Under the pieces are notes generated by a model. It was not told the DNA's origin, did no database searches, and was given only the letters and a program-made list of their open reading frames with translations. Shown in pieces: positions 61,918 to 64,000 of a DNA stretch of 64,000 bases (positions within the stretch are counted from its first letter, which is position 1; each line of letters begins with the position of its first letter). Position numbers and translations under genes: made by a program. The stretch spans positions 1-64,000 of the IMG/VR virus record IMGVR_UViG_3300046513_000221; one strand, written 5' to 3'.

Positions 61918-63705
61918 TTAGCGGTTGATGATGAAGTCGGCGAAGATCCGCTCGATCAGACCGTTGAAGGTCAGCTCAACCTGCACACGCACGATCTTTT
62001 GCTGCTTATCGTAGTCGGATGCGTAAACGGTCGCCTTGATGGTCGAGCAAGCACGGTTGCTCACCCACTTCTTCAGGTAACTGTTCAGGTTGTAGGACAT
62101 CGCCTCGTGGGTGATGTCATCGTTGAACTCGTCGCGGTATTCGTCGACGAGTTGCTCGACGTCACGCTTGATACGGAACAGCGCACGAACGTTGTTCAGG
62201 TTCGACAGGGCCGAGTTGACGGTCTGCGAGGTCAGCTGGGTACCGAGATTGACGCGTTTAGGGTCTTTCTCGATGTAGTTGATCTGCTTCTTGTACAGGG
62301 TCTCTTTCCATGCCTCGTTCGGGAAGAAGTTGATGGCTTCGTAGCCCGAGATCACGCCGCGACGTGGACCTGCGAAGGACCAGTGTACGCCGAACTTGTC
62401 GTCGTGCGGGGCGATCTTCTTCGCGAGGAAGTAAGGCGTGGTGACCTTGACGTTCTGGCCGGTGTACTCGTCGTAGACCACGAAGTCCTGTGCGAAGATC
62501 GCGGTGGCGAACGAGGACATACCGATCGAGTTGGTGCGGAAGTCCACGGTCTGCTGCTCATTGGCTTGGAAGCCGCAGTCCAGCAGTGCCACGCAGTCGC
62601 CACGGATGTCCGTAGCCATCTGCGACATGGCGTTCTTCACGGCGGCGCTGTTGTTGCCGTCCAGCATCAGGTCGAACAGGTATTGCTTCTTGTCGGTCGC
62701 GTTGGAGTCCAGCTGGCCGGTGTAGGCTTTGATCAGCAGGGAGTCTTCCGAGTTGCCACCGGTCCAGGTACCTTCCGAGCCGCCCGAGATGTGATTCACG
62801 GTCTTCAGGTCAGCGGCGGTGTCGTCGGTGACTTGGTTATCGGCCAGACCAGCGGTCAGCGGAGTCGCGAACTTGACAGCTTGGTGGATACCTTGTGCGA
62901 CGGACACGCCGTTACGCTCGGCACCGAAGAAGATGTCCAGATGCAGCGGGTTCACAGTATCCGTAGGATTGATGAACTCGCGGATGGTATCGATCAGATC
63001 CTTGCGGTCGAGGACGCGGAAGGTAGTCGAGTACTTGTTGACCACGTTGGCCCAGTACATGGATTCGCGGTTGCGGTCCTTGGCGGTAGGCTCGAACGAA
63101 ACGGTGTATGGACCATCGATGATGGTGTCCACGCCGACCGTGTTCTTCGCGGCGATCTCGAAGGTGTACGTACGGAAGTCGTAGGTACCGTCCAGCGAGT
63201 CCAGCAGCGAGATGCGGAAGCCCAGATCTTCGTAGGCTTTGCCGCGACCGACAGGCATCAGGACGCCCAGCGGGTAGGACACGAAGGTGGCATCGGTCAC
63301 CGGGTCAGCGCCCAGCAGGGTCTGCATCGCGGCGACGGAGGTCGCGCCCGGTACAGTCGTCAGCGTTGGCTTGACGATGTTGGTCAGGCCATCCTGACCG
63401 CAAGCGACGCTCAGCATCGCGTTGGCGTACAGGCCGTCTTCCGGCAGAATGCGGATGAAGTAGGCTTCGCCGCCAGCTTTCAGATGCTCGAACACGTTGT
63501 AGAGCGTCTGGCCGGTTTCCGACATATCGGGTTCACCGAAGTAGAACTTCGCCTCGCCGACGGAGGTCAGGCGCACCAGTTTGTTGTCTGGGCCTTTGGT
63601 TGCTTTACCGCATGCAAACAGGACGGTCGAGCCCTCAGCCGTCTGGAAGACGAAGGAGTTGTCGATGATCCTGGAATGCACTGAAGGGTGGAGATATTCA
63701 GGCAT
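61918..63705 (-). CDS. contractile tail sheath protein, 595 aa
   Basis: MPEYLHPSV..., FAGPRRGVI, LYKKQINYI and LNNVRAL..IKR sheath C-terminal motifs. Confidence 0.9.
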   Translation of the reverse strand: MPEYLHPSVHSRIIDNSFVFQTAEGSTVLFACGKATKGPDNKLVRLTSVGEAKFYFGEPDMSETGQTLYNVFEHLKAGGEAYFIRILPEDGLYANAMLSVACGQDGLTNIVKPTLTTVPGATSVAAMQTLLGADPVTDATFVSYPLGVLMPVGRGKAYEDLGFRISLLDSLDGTYDFRTYTFEIAAKNTVGVDTIIDGPYTVSFEPTAKDRNRESMYWANVVNKYSTTFRVLDRKDLIDTIREFINPTDTVNPLHLDIFFGAERNGVSVAQGIHQAVKFATPLTAGLADNQVTDDTAADLKTVNHISGGSEGTWTGGNSEDSLLIKAYTGQLDSNATDKKQYLFDLMLDGNNSAAVKNAMSQMATDIRGDCVALLDCGFQANEQQTVDFRTNSIGMSSFATAIFAQDFVVYDEYTGQNVKVTTPYFLAKKIAPHDDKFGVHWSFAGPRRGVISGYEAINFFPNEAWKETLYKKQINYIEKDPKRVNLGTQLTSQTVNSALSNLNNVRALFRIKRDVEQLVDEYRDEFNDDITHEAMSYNLNSYLKKWVSNRACSTIKATVYASDYDKQQKIVRVQVELTFNGLIERIFADFIINR

Positions 63706-63776
63706 GTTTCTTTCCTTAGAGAAAGTGGTTATTGACTTCCAAAAGTCGGTGTTACGATAAACTTTGGAATGCGATC

Positions 63777-63788
63777 TAATCTACTGTT
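63777..63788 (-). promoter_or_regulatory. putative late promoter AACA-N6-TA
   Basis: AACAgtagatTA upstream of the sheath gene. Confidence 0.75.
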
Positions 63789-63879
63789 TGGCAGTAAGAC
63801 GTACTATTCGATTGCTTTTCAGACCCGCCGCGACAGCGAAGGCTCTGGTTCAAATACGCAATCGGGAATCCCCCGTAGA

Positions 63880-64000
63880 TCACGCGAATTTCGGATGATT
63901 CCTCAAGAACTCCTCCTGATGACGCAGTTTCGCCTCATTCTGCTGAATGGTGTGCTCGTAGCTCTTCCGAAGAGCGTATTGAGTCATAAGCAGTGAATCG
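63880..64000 (-). CDS. C-terminal end of a gene starting beyond the window
   Basis: Open frame ...DSLLMTQYALRKSYEHTIQQNEAKLRHQEEFLRNHPKFA-stop. Confidence 0.4.
   Translation of the reverse strand, partial: DSLLMTQYALRKSYEHTIQQNEAKLRHQEEFLRNHPKFA

Noticed and set aside
49965-63684. Long antisense ORFs over capsid, portal and sheath (49965..51500, 58407..59345, 59562..60452, 61999..63684)
   Set aside because: Same codon-bias artefact; the opposite strand carries recognisable structural proteins.
1-64000. CRISPR array, integrase, transposase, reverse transcriptase, inteins
   Set aside because: No regularly spaced direct repeats, no recombinase, DDE or YxDD motifs, and no intein splice motifs were seen in PolB or RNAP.

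Overview
This window is part of a large lytic myovirus (jumbo phage) genome, roughly 55-60% GC by eye. Its core genes look like the Bacillus AR9/PBS1 - Yersinia phiR1-37 - phiKZ-related group. They include a split multisubunit RNA polymerase (beta N-half at 35428-36873; beta-prime N-half with the GGDYDGD catalytic motif at 38740-40308), a family-B DNA polymerase split into two genes on opposite strands (45850-47535 and 53212-55176), major capsid protein, T4 gp20-like portal, tail sheath, tail tube and a GH108 endolysin. Bases 1-47.5 kb are almost all minus-strand, mostly small hypothetical early genes; 47.7-61 kb is a mainly plus-strand late/structural block. Two promoter motifs can be read directly from the sequence: ATATATWAT (9 copies, early type) and AACA-N6-TA (9 copies, matching the AR9 late consensus). 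The most notable elements missing from the ORF track are a 45-aa type IV pilin mimic gene (13438-13575), two long hairpin-rich non-coding regions (about 3800-4445 and 22260-23315) and a roughly 150-nt late-promoter-driven non-coding transcript next to the portal gene (60890-61046). No tRNA, CRISPR array, integrase or reverse transcriptase was recognised. All family assignments come from motif recognition by eye; no database search was run. Most long plus-strand ORFs at 1-47 kb are antisense shadows.
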